Counted from the first letter of the stretch, positions 20,256-28,862 are shown. The stretch: DNA of 64,000 bases from Methanobacteriota archaeon (GCA_020696385.1 JAEHCQ010000001.1:608001-672000); one strand, 5' to 3'. Numbers and translations are program-made. The notes: a model not told the origin generated them from the letters alone.

Positions 20256-20688
20256 CTATTTTGTAGGTCCTTCTGGCTGGCAGTTTTATGACCTTCAATC
20301 CAGTTCGATCAGTTATTTGGCTCAGATTCTCATCAAGGGCCACGTCATCCTTCTCGATGAGGGTGAACCAAAGATTTGGTTCACCCTCGCGAAGGTAATT
20401 ATGCGTGACTCCTTGGAATGAATTGATCATCTGGCCAACTTCTTCTATCTTGGTATTTGGAACCTCCATCGCGGCCAGCGTGGAAACATAGCCCAATTTC
20501 TTGGGGGCTATGATGGCTCCATATTTTCTGACAAGGCCTCTTTCCATAAGATCTTCCAGTACCTTGATGATGTCATCTTCAGTGCAATTAAGTTTTTCGG
20601 CAATCGTCCTGTATGGATGCGGCACTGGCTCTATACCTTTCTGAAGTTCCTTCAGTACCTTTTGCTCCAATATGGACATCTCACTCAT
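20236..20688 (-). CDS. ahbA: Siroheme decarboxylase alpha subunit
   Basis: Lrp-like fold, KKLGYVSTLAAM, GVTHNYLR, NLWFTL, YKIGVKF. Confidence 0.88.
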   Translation of the reverse strand: MSEMSILEQKVLKELQKGIEPVPHPYRTIAEKLNCTEDDIIKVLEDLMERGLVRKYGAIIAPKKLGYVSTLAAMEVPNTKIEEVGQMINSFQGVTHNYLREGEPNLWFTLIEKDDVALDENLSQITDRTGLKVIKLPARRTYKIGVKFDI

Positions 20689-21682
20689 TCTTCACCAAGC
20701 CCCTTCCATAAGCGCACCATGGCTCATGAGCCATGTAATCATCGTAATAGATATGGGCTCTGGCTCTGCACCCGCCACATATTTTCTTATACTTACAAAT
20801 CCCACATGATCCAGTGTATTCCAGTGATCTCATATCATTGAATACCTTGCTATTTTTCCAGATCTCGGAGAATGGGGTTTCACGAACATTCCCTACCTTT
20901 ATTGGTAAATAAGGGCATGGCCAGACATCACCATTGGGCACTATGGAACAATAACTCATACCTGCAAGACATCCTCTTGTGTATCGACCCATATCCTGGC
21001 CTTTTTGAGCCGCGATCCTCATGAACTGGGGAGCGCAGGTGGGCTTTATGTCGAAATTCAATTCCTCTCTTTTCTCCAATAGCTTACGAATTAAGATCTC
21101 GTAATTCTTCTCACGGAGGGATTCTTCCTCTATATCCTCGCCTCGGCCAGTAGGTACAAGGAACAGTACGTGATGGGACTTCGCGCCCATCTCTTTGGCA
21201 AGCTCACAGAGCTTCTCTATCTCGTCTATATTTCGGGTGAATGCAGTTGTATTGACCTGGAAATCAAAACCTTCTTCCTTGCAATTTTTCATGGCCTGGA
21301 TGGATTTTTCATAGGTTCCTGGCATACCACAGAACTCGTCCAATTTATCCCTGTCCACCATATGAAGTGAAATAGCGACTGAACTTCCACCAGCTGCCTT
21401 GATCTTTCTTATCATCTCCCTGGTAAGCAATGTTCCATTCGATCCATAGACTGGTCGCAGACCGACAGAGACCGCGTGTTCGGTAAGCTCTAGTATGTCC
21501 TTTCTCATGAAAGGCTCGCCACCAGAGAAGACCATTAATTTGAAGCCAGCCTTGGCTATCTCGGTCAGTAGGTCCTTGCCCTCTTGAGTGCTGAGCTCAT
21601 CAACATATTCATTTCCAGCATCTCTATAACAGTGTTCACAGCGCAGATTGCATTCATTCGTGACATTCCATGAGGCCAACAT
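20681..21682 (-). CDS. ahbD: Radical SAM heme b synthase
   Basis: SWNVTNECNLRCEHCYRDA, FLVPTGRG, KPTCAPQFMRIA, RGCLAG, SPASM. Confidence 0.88.
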   Translation of the reverse strand: MLASWNVTNECNLRCEHCYRDAGNEYVDELSTQEGKDLLTEIAKAGFKLMVFSGGEPFMRKDILELTEHAVSVGLRPVYGSNGTLLTREMIRKIKAAGGSSVAISLHMVDRDKLDEFCGMPGTYEKSIQAMKNCKEEGFDFQVNTTAFTRNIDEIEKLCELAKEMGAKSHHVLFLVPTGRGEDIEEESLREKNYEILIRKLLEKREELNFDIKPTCAPQFMRIAAQKGQDMGRYTRGCLAGMSYCSIVPNGDVWPCPYLPIKVGNVRETPFSEIWKNSKVFNDMRSLEYTGSCGICKYKKICGGCRARAHIYYDDYMAHEPWCAYGRGLVKNE

Positions 21683-21910
21683 ATTGAATTCTCCTTTTTA
21701 GGGATTTGACCTCATATATATTATATTATATAAAGTTTAAATATAGTTATTATCAGTTTTGATATCCTAACCCATGGGCATTATTCATGAATATCATTAT
21801 TGAAAATAGGTGGCATTTGCTTTAAATTAGGTAATAGTTATTTATAATGTGTCAAAATAATACACAACTATATATATGATTGTTAAACGCATTTAAATGG
21901 AGGATAATAA

Positions 21911-22273
21911 ATGATAGAGCCAGATAATAAATTTGATAGTTTGGGCATCATAATTGCAAGAACATCGATCATGACCGGAAATGCCAGGCAGGCCGTGGAT
22001 TTCGGTATGGGGGCTGCGAAGAAAGGGAAAAGCGTAGGGATATTCCTCATATCCGATGGTGTTTGGAATGCACTGAATGATTCTGGAAATGTATCAGACA
22101 TCATTGGTCAGCTTGTCAATGATGGGGCTAAATTATACATCAGTGATGAACACGCCAGAGCAGCTGGATTTCCCAAAGATAGGGTGATCGAGGGAGCTGA
22201 GTTCATAGAGGACACTTACAAGGTCCTGGTCAACAGCGTGATGGAAGAATGGGACAAGGTGATAATATGTTGA
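21911..22273 (+). CDS. DsrE/F/H-family protein lacking the active-site Cys
   Basis: IFLISDGVW, KLYISDEHARAAG, DKVII. Confidence 0.7.
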   Translation: MIEPDNKFDSLGIIIARTSIMTGNARQAVDFGMGAAKKGKSVGIFLISDGVWNALNDSGNVSDIIGQLVNDGAKLYISDEHARAAGFPKDRVIEGAEFIEDTYKVLVNSVMEEWDKVIIC

Positions 22274-22686
22274 ACTCGGGTAGCCAAGGAAATCCAACTC
22301 CTTCCACCAGGCCGAAGAAAATGAAGAAGGACATGGGCAAGACGTTAACGATATTGCTTTTGCGCGGACCGTATATCTCGGAATACGCGGACCTGGCAGC
22401 CAATATGGCTCTGAAAGCCAGAAAGATGGGATACAAGGTCAATATGTTCCTTTACCTGGACGGAGCCTGGCTCCCGCATGTGAAGACCGATAAGGAATAC
22501 TCCAATGCTGGAGAATGGCTCAGATGGGCGATAAAGAAAGGTGTCACGGTCAAGGCTTGCCACAGATGCTCCGAAGCTCGTGATCTTACAGAAGACGATA
22601 TCATCCCGGGCGTGGAGATATCAGGATTGTACGGATTCCTGGATATGCTGGCAGAGTCTGACAAAGTAATAACATTCACGGGGTGA
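22267..22686 (+). CDS. DsrE/TusD-like sulfurtransferase subunit with CxxC
   Basis: LLLRGPY, MFLYLDG, VKACHRCSEAR, SDKVITF; start uncertain (22267-22333). Confidence 0.8.
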   Translation: MLNSGSQGNPTPSTRPKKMKKDMGKTLTILLLRGPYISEYADLAANMALKARKMGYKVNMFLYLDGAWLPHVKTDKEYSNAGEWLRWAIKKGVTVKACHRCSEARDLTEDDIIPGVEISGLYGFLDMLAESDKVITFTG

Positions 22687-22692
22687 GAAAAC

Positions 22693-23061
22693 ATGGCTTC
22701 ATTGAACAAGAAAGTATTGATATCGCTCGTACACGGAACATACGGACACCAGGATGATGGATTCGGAGCAGTCCAGCTGGCAAATGCGATACTTGCCAGA
22801 GGCGGAGAATGTACACTTTTCCTGAGATCGGATGGTGTTTACATCCTCGTGAAGGGACAGGATCCTAATGATCTGGGCCTGCCAAGCAATCTGGATGAGC
22901 TAGCTGATTTCATCGAGCTGGGCGGAGTGATAAAGGCAGATAGAGCTGCAGTGAAAGAGAGAGGTCTGTTGGCGACAGACCTCATTGAGGATCATGAATT
23001 GATCGAATGGGATGATGTTCTGGGATTACTCGAAGAACATGATTTCTGTTTGACATTCTAA
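22693..23061 (+). CDS. DsrF/TusC-like DsrE-family protein
   Basis: HGTYG, LFLRSDGVYILVKGQ, AVKERGL. Confidence 0.75.
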   Translation: MASLNKKVLISLVHGTYGHQDDGFGAVQLANAILARGGECTLFLRSDGVYILVKGQDPNDLGLPSNLDELADFIELGGVIKADRAAVKERGLLATDLIEDHELIEWDDVLGLLEEHDFCLTF

Positions 23062-23099
23062 GAGCGATTTAAAATTTAAAAATAAAGGAGAGAAAAACT

Positions 23100-23327
23100 A
23101 TGGCAGAAGTAAAAATATCAACAGTCGGGCTCAATTGCCCAAAACCATTGATAGAGACAAGGAAAGCAATGAGAAAACTTGCAGCAGGCGATATCCTCAT
23201 CATAGAGGGTGACCATGCGGTTTCCAAGGACGAGATACAGCAGGCCGTGAAGGACACTGGCGATGCAGTATTGGGGGTTGAGGAAACAGGCGGCAAGTGG
23301 ATCATAAAAGTTCAAAAAGGTGCTTGA
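23100..23327 (+). CDS. tusA: TusA-family sulfur carrier
   Basis: GLNCPKPLIETRKA (CPxP), 75 aa. Confidence 0.88.
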   Translation: MAEVKISTVGLNCPKPLIETRKAMRKLAAGDILIIEGDHAVSKDEIQQAVKDTGDAVLGVEETGGKWIIKVQKGA

Positions 23328-23328
23328 A

Positions 23329-23739
23329 ATGGCTGCAAAATCAATGACCATCGTGATGCATGCTAATGATCTGGACAAGACAATGGCTGCTTTCATTCTT
23401 GCAACGGGAGCCGCCGCCAAGGGAATGGACGTGACAATATTCTTCACCTTCTGGGGTCTGATGGCCATGAAGAAAGGCGCGGCTGACAAATCCAAACTCT
23501 CTAAGTTCAGCATGTTCACTGGAATGATGAAAAAGGTAATGAAAAAGAATAATGTCGCAACACTGGACGAACTCATAAAGGACAGTGCGGAACTGGGTGT
23601 CAGGATGGTCGCTTGCGAGATGACCATGGCACTTATGAACACACCAAAGGAAAGCCTCAGGCCGGAAGTAACAGAGATCGGCGGTGTGGGAACCTATCTG
23701 GATGCAGCCAGTGAATCGAACATAACTTTGTTCATCTAA
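23329..23739 (+). CDS. DsrE2 (DsrE/DsrF/DrsH-like) sulfur-carrier protein
   Basis: AFILATGAAA, VTIFFTFWGL, MVACEMTM, GGVGTYL, ITLFI. Confidence 0.85.
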   Translation: MAAKSMTIVMHANDLDKTMAAFILATGAAAKGMDVTIFFTFWGLMAMKKGAADKSKLSKFSMFTGMMKKVMKKNNVATLDELIKDSAELGVRMVACEMTMALMNTPKESLRPEVTEIGGVGTYLDAASESNITLFI

Positions 23740-23755
23740 TCAGGAAGGGTTTACA

Positions 23756-24130
23756 ATGATTGAAAAAATGGGAAAGCTTTCAAGGATGGAACCAAACTCA
23801 CTATCATGTTTGGATGTCGTCAGATGCATACATGGCCTAACAGATACCGATATCAAGACCCTTGAAAGTCTTCCAAGCACTGATGGTATCACCGCTCATG
23901 ATGTTGGAGAGGCGATAGGCAAGGATAGATCCACCGCACACAGAAGCCTTGAAAAACTGGTATCGGCGGGAATTTGCTTCAAAGAGAAAAGGTCTGGCAC
24001 ACCCAGAGGATACTCCAATTATTATCAAAGAATATCCACAAAAGACCTATACAAGATGACCGAAAAGAGCCTGGATGAATGCTATGCCAAGGTCAAAGTA
24101 GCTCTAGACAATGTGAAAGATAATGAGTGA
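23756..24130 (+). CDS. TrmB-like wHTH transcriptional regulator with Cys residues
   Basis: CLDVVRCIHGL, HTH GKDRSTAHRSLEKL, GICFKEK. Confidence 0.75.
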   Translation: MIEKMGKLSRMEPNSLSCLDVVRCIHGLTDTDIKTLESLPSTDGITAHDVGEAIGKDRSTAHRSLEKLVSAGICFKEKRSGTPRGYSNYYQRISTKDLYKMTEKSLDECYAKVKVALDNVKDNE

Positions 24131-24169
24131 GTGGGATTGAGCCCACTTACTCATTAATTTAATTTTTTT
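24121..24169 (+). terminator. 15-bp hairpin terminator of the sulfur-relay operon
   Basis: TAATGAGTGAGTGGG/CCCACTTACTCATTA (one G.T) followed by T tract. Confidence 0.75.
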
Positions 24170-24185
24170 ATACAAGGTATTTGCA

Positions 24186-24265
24186 TTCGAACATGCCCCG
24201 TCTGAATGACAGTATCCTGTCATCTGGAGGGCGGGGTACTATATTTGATGGCCCAGTGAGTGACA
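24186..24265. repeat. REP-like repeat B, copy 1
   Basis: TTCGAACATGCCCCGTCTG-[ATGACAG/CTGTCAT hairpin]-AGGGCGGGGTACTATATT...GAGTGACA; reverse-complement match at 28737-28814. Confidence 0.8.
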
Positions 24266-24343
24266 AACACAGAGTGCTTCCTATTCGAAAACCTCGTTTG
24301 ATACACTGATATATTGATGAGTAAGGGCGAGGATGTTCAAACA

Positions 24344-24367
24344 TAAAAGCGCCGAGAGGGAGATTCG
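24344..24367 (-). repeat. 24-bp exact duplicate of the tRNA-Ser 3' end and trailer (att-like)
   Basis: TAAAAGCGCCGAGAGGGAGATTCG identical to 24529-24552. Confidence 0.9.
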
Positions 24368-24376
24368 GAACGGAAG

Positions 24377-24515
24377 CCTTTTCTTTTAATTCTCGCTGTG
24401 CTGGCCGGACTCCAAAAGAACAAGTATTCCAATATCGACCAAACAAGTTTGGAAAATAGATGCGCGAAAACACGCATCTAAAAAAGAAAATTCGTCCGGC
24501 ACTGCTCGCTCGGGA
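24377..24515 (-). repeat. Structured intergenic repeat A, copy 1 (with extra internal hairpins)
   Basis: Minus strand TCCCGAGCGAGCAGTGCCGGACGAATTTTCTTT...TTCTTTTGGAGTCCGGCCAGCACAGCGAGAATTAAAAGAAAA; homologous to 28863 and 54712. Confidence 0.8.
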
Positions 24516-24534
24516 GATAAGATAAGATTAAAAG

Positions 24535-24618
24535 CGCCGAGAGGGAGATTCGAACTCCCGAGTGGTAACCCACACAAGATTTCCAGTCTTGCGCCCTACC
24601 AGGCTGAGCTATCTCGGC
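24535..24618 (-). tRNA. tRNA-Ser(GGA), long variable arm, CCA not encoded
   Basis: GCCGAGA/TCTCGGC acceptor, CAAGA-CTGGAAA-TCTTG anticodon arm, GGGAG-TTCGAAT-CTCCC, discriminator G. Confidence 0.95.
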
Positions 24619-24787
24619 TTGGGGTCAGGATTAAAGCAAATGTATTTAGACTTGTCGATTTCACTCATCGAGAATACTATAAATGATAATGGACGATGAA
24701 GCAATATCCAGCATATCCATAAAAATACATCATATTTTCATTCAGATGGTTTTATATCGTTATAACAGGATACAGGGTCAGGTATTC

Positions 24788-25300
24788 ATGAACAGAATTA
24801 AGGTAATTAATGAACCAGCCGAGCTTGTTTCGGTCTTCAGGGCTGTGGACACAGACCTCAAACGTGAGATATTCAAGGAGATCTCAGTAGACTGGAAGAC
24901 TGTCAATTTTATCGAAGAGAAGTTCGGTAAAGAAGGAAGAAAGGCTTTAAGGATCTTTGAGAAGATGAAGCTTGTCGAGACCAGATGGCAACAGCCCAAC
25001 GATGAGGCCGCGACAAAACCTGTAAAAGCCTATCACACGTATTATTCATCCTTCCATATCAACACATCCGCATCCGTGTTCGAGATCAGTGACATCATAG
25101 CCGCTGCTGGTATACCGGACAAAGAGTTCAAGAAGATCGAAGATCAAATAACCACGATGGTGGAGGAAGAAGAGGATGGCGCCTTCTCTGGAGATGTGGC
25201 TGAGAAACTTGAGGTCTCGGGGATCATGTTGAAGGCACTTGTAAAGCGCTCTCCGAAGCTCGATTACAGAGGCCATAGGATCGAAATGTATGAGGAATGA
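24788..25300 (+). CDS. Conserved euryarchaeal ArsR-like wHTH protein
   Basis: MNRIKVINEPAELV...KMKLVETRW...AYHTYYSSFHIN; start trimmed to 24788. Confidence 0.7.
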   Translation: MNRIKVINEPAELVSVFRAVDTDLKREIFKEISVDWKTVNFIEEKFGKEGRKALRIFEKMKLVETRWQQPNDEAATKPVKAYHTYYSSFHINTSASVFEISDIIAAAGIPDKEFKKIEDQITTMVEEEEDGAFSGDVAEKLEVSGIMLKALVKRSPKLDYRGHRIEMYEE

Positions 25301-25447
25301 GGATATCTGAATCAAACCTCCGAATTTGTATCCAAATTTATTAGCACTTATTCTATAGCAAATATTATCTATCAAAATGATATCTGTTAGATATTGATAC
25401 CTATTAGATATTGAATATTTACTAGATATTACCAAAGAGGATGTAGA

Positions 25448-25960
25448 ATGATAGCCATCTTGAGGATAGGTCATAGACCTGATAGGGATAAGAGAATCAC
25501 CACCCATGTTTGTCTTGTTGCGAGGGCCTTTGGAGCAAGCAGGATATTGGTTGATCTCGCGGACCGGGAATTGGAGAACACATTCAATAGTGTGAATGAT
25601 AGATTTGGCGAGGGAGCCAGTATAGAAACCGGAGTCAAATGGAGAAGGGTCATTGGCGAGTGGAAGGGGATCATCGCCCACCTCACCATGTACGGTATGG
25701 AGCTTGATGAGGCAGTGGCTGCCATCAAGGAGAAGGATATCGATGCTGATGTTCTCGTTATAGTGGGTGCGGAGAAAGTTCCTGGCGAGGTTTACAAGGC
25801 CGCGGATTTCAATATATCGGTGGGAAACCAGCCACATTCCGAGGTCGCGGCTCTGGCCATGTTCCTGGACAGGTATTTTGATGGTAATGCCCTAAAAGAT
25901 CTGAAGGGAAAGATGAAGATCATACCGAGCAATGAAGGAAAGGTCGTGGTCGAGGAATGA
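25448..25960 (+). CDS. trm56: tRNA (cytidine(56)-2'-O)-methyltransferase aTrm56
   Basis: LRIGHRPDRDKRITTHVCLVARAFGA, HLTMYG, VGAEKVP, VGNQPHSEVAALA. Confidence 0.93.
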   Translation: MIAILRIGHRPDRDKRITTHVCLVARAFGASRILVDLADRELENTFNSVNDRFGEGASIETGVKWRRVIGEWKGIIAHLTMYGMELDEAVAAIKEKDIDADVLVIVGAEKVPGEVYKAADFNISVGNQPHSEVAALAMFLDRYFDGNALKDLKGKMKIIPSNEGKVVVEE

Positions 25961-26496
25961 CCGGATTACCGACAAGGGCGGAATGCCTCACAATCCTTGA
26001 GGAAGAAGGATGCGAGCCAGGCGTCATCGAGCATTGCCTGGCTGTTGAGTCCCTTGCCATGAAGATCGGAAATATATGCAGAGCCAGGATCGACCTGGAA
26101 CTAATTTCTGCAGGAGCCTTGTTACATGACGTGGGTAGAAGTGTCACGCATGACATCCAGCATGGCATACGAGGTGTGGAGATTCTTGAAAAGAGAAGCA
26201 TGGATGCTCGAGTTATTGACATTGTTCGTAAGCATATAGGCGCTGGCCTGACACCTGAAGAGGCCAGCTTACTTGGTTTTCCATATGGCGATTATATGCC
26301 CGCCACACTGGAAGAGAAGGTGGTTGCATATTCTGATAATCTCATTGGGAATCCTGGATCACCAGATGCCAGGATAAAGTCAGCAGAGTTCATGCAGGAA
26401 TGCATTGACAAAGGATTGGATGCCGCGGCTGAAAGAGCCAGAGCTCTTCACGAGGAGCTCTGCCATTTATGTGGAGTTGATCTAAATGATATCTGA
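25957..26496 (+). CDS. HD-domain phosphohydrolase (HDIG-type)
   Basis: IEHCLAV, LLHDVG, HG, KHIGAG, EEKVVAYSDNL. Confidence 0.85.
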   Translation: MTGLPTRAECLTILEEEGCEPGVIEHCLAVESLAMKIGNICRARIDLELISAGALLHDVGRSVTHDIQHGIRGVEILEKRSMDARVIDIVRKHIGAGLTPEEASLLGFPYGDYMPATLEEKVVAYSDNLIGNPGSPDARIKSAEFMQECIDKGLDAAAERARALHEELCHLCGVDLNDI

Positions 26497-26968
26497 TAAA
26501 GATAATGGACAGGTGCTCGTTGCTTATGCCACAAAAGGCGGGGTGACTGAAGAATATTCCAGCATCGTGGCAGGCATATTGATCGCAAATGGATTCCAGG
26601 TGGAGCAGGTGGACCTCCGGCGTAATAAGAGACCGGAAATTTCTGATCATGATATCGTGATCCTCGGAACTGGTGTTCGCATGGGCAGGGTGTATGGTCG
26701 GGGAAAGAAATTGCTCGGCCAGGAAGCTTTAAAAAATAAAAAACTGGTGATATTCCTGTCCAGTGGCATTGCTATTGAAGATCCGGAGCAGGCCAGACAG
26801 AAATTCCTCCTGCCGCTTATCGAGAAATATGGCCTCCAACCTCTGGATTATCGAGCATTTCCAGGAAGAATGCCCGAGCCAGGCGGGAATAAGGACAAGA
26901 AGAAGGATACCTCGGATCCAGAGATGGTGAAGAAGTGGGCCAAAGACCTTGTTGAGAAATTGAAATAA
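26486..26968 (+). CDS. Flavodoxin-domain protein
   Basis: VAYATKGGVT FMN loop, ILGTGVRMG. Confidence 0.75.
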   Translation: MISDKDNGQVLVAYATKGGVTEEYSSIVAGILIANGFQVEQVDLRRNKRPEISDHDIVILGTGVRMGRVYGRGKKLLGQEALKNKKLVIFLSSGIAIEDPEQARQKFLLPLIEKYGLQPLDYRAFPGRMPEPGGNKDKKKDTSDPEMVKKWAKDLVEKLK

Positions 26969-27069
26969 CATTCACAATATTTATGATGTGGAATGCTATT
27001 CGAGGTTGGGTCGTTCCCCCATGATCCTTCATCTGGGTCAAGTGAGACGAGTCAGAAGAAGGTGTTAAT

Positions 27070-28614
27070 TTGGTCGATGATTCCAAAAGGGCTCTAATCA
27101 GTGTTTCGGACAAAACAGATGTATTGCAATTCGCCAGTGCTTTGGTAGAACTAGATTGGGAAATAATTTCCACTGGCGGTACCTTCAAGGCACTTCATGA
27201 AGGCGGTATCGATGTAAAGAGAATATCGGATATCATCTCATTTCCCGAGATACTGGACGGTAGAGTTAAGACCCTCCATCCGGCCATCCACGCGGGCATA
27301 CTGGCAATAAAAGACGATCCTGATCATATCGAGCAGATGAAGAAGCATGGATTGGCCATGATCGATCTGGTTGCCGTGAACTTATATCCTTTCGAGGAGA
27401 CAATGAAGAAAGCGGACGTGACAGTTGAGGACGCGATTGAGAACATCGACATCGGCGGGCCGACTATGGTGAGAGCGGCTGCCAAGAACCACGAGAATAC
27501 CATCATCGTGATCGAGCCAGCACAATATGAGGCCGTGGTGGAAGAATTGAAGAAAAACGGAGATGTATGCCTTGACACCAGAAGAAAGCTGGCCATCGAA
27601 GCTTTTTCAAGAACTGCAGAATACGATGCCATCATATCCCAGAAACTCGGAAGTATGCTGGGAGGGGATGAATTTCCGCAAAGATACATATTACCATTCA
27701 GGAAGGTGCAGGATCTTCGTTATGGGGAGAATCCATATCAGACAGCGGCCTTCTATCGAGATATTGAATTGAAAGAACCTTGCATCGCGAACTCGAAGAA
27801 ATTGAAAGGCAAGGGATTGTCATTCAACAATATACTGGACATAGACGCGGCCATCGAGCTTGTGAAGGACTTTGAAGAGCCCACGGTCGCCGTGGTCAAG
27901 CACATGAACCCCAGTGGGGTGGCGAGTGCCGACGGCATCGCGGATGCTTTCAAGCAAGCCCTGGGAGCAGACCCCCTATCAGCCTATGGCGGGATCGTCA
28001 GTCTTAATAGGGAGTTGGATGTCGAGACTGCGACATCCATGAGGAAGATATTTTTAGATTGTATAATCGCGCCATCCTTCCACCCGGATTCATTACCCTT
28101 GCTGGAAAAGAAAAAGGTCATGCTTCTGGAGACTGGCGATCTTGGAGACAAGATGCCGAACACCGATATCAAGAGGGTGACAGGCGGCTTACTTGTGCAG
28201 TCGAGAGACCTGGAAGTTCTGGATCCATCCACTTTGAAAACGGTGACAAACCGCGAGCCAACACAGAAAGAAATGGAGGACATGATATTCGGCTGGAAGG
28301 TGGTGAAACACGTGAACTCCAATGGAATTGCTCTGGCCAAGGACAAGGTGATGATCGGTGTTGGGCCTGGCCAGGTGAGTCGAATAGGCGCGGTGGATAT
28401 CGCGATCAAGAAAGCGGGCGACAGCGCGAAGGGAGCGATCATGGCATCCGATGCCTTCTTCCCCTTCAAGGACAGTGTGGAAGCCGCAGCTGCTGCTGGA
28501 ATAACCGCCATCATTCATCCAGGCGGTTCGATCAGAGATCAGGAAGTTATCGATTGTGCGAATGAGAATGATATCGCGATGGTTTTTACCGGGATGCGGT
28601 GTTTGAAGCACTAG
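27070..28614 (+). CDS. purH: Bifunctional AICAR formyltransferase / IMP cyclohydrolase
   Basis: RALISVSDK, GRVKTLHP, IDIGGP, LRYGENP, VKHMNPSG, ASDAFFPF. Confidence 0.95.
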   Translation: MVDDSKRALISVSDKTDVLQFASALVELDWEIISTGGTFKALHEGGIDVKRISDIISFPEILDGRVKTLHPAIHAGILAIKDDPDHIEQMKKHGLAMIDLVAVNLYPFEETMKKADVTVEDAIENIDIGGPTMVRAAAKNHENTIIVIEPAQYEAVVEELKKNGDVCLDTRRKLAIEAFSRTAEYDAIISQKLGSMLGGDEFPQRYILPFRKVQDLRYGENPYQTAAFYRDIELKEPCIANSKKLKGKGLSFNNILDIDAAIELVKDFEEPTVAVVKHMNPSGVASADGIADAFKQALGADPLSAYGGIVSLNRELDVETATSMRKIFLDCIIAPSFHPDSLPLLEKKKVMLLETGDLGDKMPNTDIKRVTGGLLVQSRDLEVLDPSTLKTVTNREPTQKEMEDMIFGWKVVKHVNSNGIALAKDKVMIGVGPGQVSRIGAVDIAIKKAGDSAKGAIMASDAFFPFKDSVEAAAAAGITAIIHPGGSIRDQEVIDCANENDIAMVFTGMRCLKH

Positions 28615-28644
28615 ATTCGGTTTGTTAGGCTGGGTGAGGATAAA

Positions 28645-28713
28645 GACCCCGCCCCTGCTTTGATCGGGGCAGGGTTTGGTTTTGCCACTCGCTTTACTCT
28701 GCGAGTGGTTCAT
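28645..28713 (+). repeat. Two GC-rich hairpins after purH (terminator and/or mobile-element end remnant)
   Basis: ACCCCGCCCC/GGGGCAGGGT and GCCACTCGC/GCGAGTGGT. Confidence 0.55.
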
Positions 28714-28736
28714 CTTCCTACTGGCACATCGCAACT

Positions 28737-28814
28737 GTCACTCGAATAATTATCGAATATAGTACCCCGCCCTGATGAATATTCATCGAATGGTACAGAC
28801 GGGGCATGCTCGAA
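28737..28814. repeat. REP-like repeat B, copy 2
   Basis: TGTCACTC...AATATAGTACCCCGCCCT-GATGAATATTCATC-...CAGACGGGGCATGCTCGAA. Confidence 0.8.
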
Positions 28815-28862
28815 CTGGCCGCATATACATCGTTGGGAATATGCCATGCATATAATTACAAT

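Noticed and set aside
19758-20688. Two Lrp/AsnC-like ORFs as transcription regulators
   Set aside because: Motifs and operon context identify them as AhbA/AhbB siroheme decarboxylase subunits
21737-21750. TTAAATATAGTTAT resembling the adhesin palindrome
   Set aside because: Two mismatches in very AT-rich DNA; not distinguishable from chance
11737-24560. tRNA-Cys and tRNA-Ser 3' halves (23/25 identical) as attL/attR of a 12.8-kb integrated element
   Set aside because: Both are complete tRNAs and T-arm similarity is expected; no integrase; the real tRNA-Ser duplicate is only 185 bp away and does not bracket the heme cluster
24168-24577. ORFs 24168-24473 and 24386-24577 (also 28806-29015 and 54740-54967)
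   Set aside because: They overlap tRNA or repeat elements; the shared peptide fragments simply reflect the DNA repeats
26486-26968. Flavodoxin-like protein as HemG protoporphyrinogen oxidase
   Set aside because: The Ahb route does not need it, it lies outside the heme operon, and the fold alone is not diagnostic
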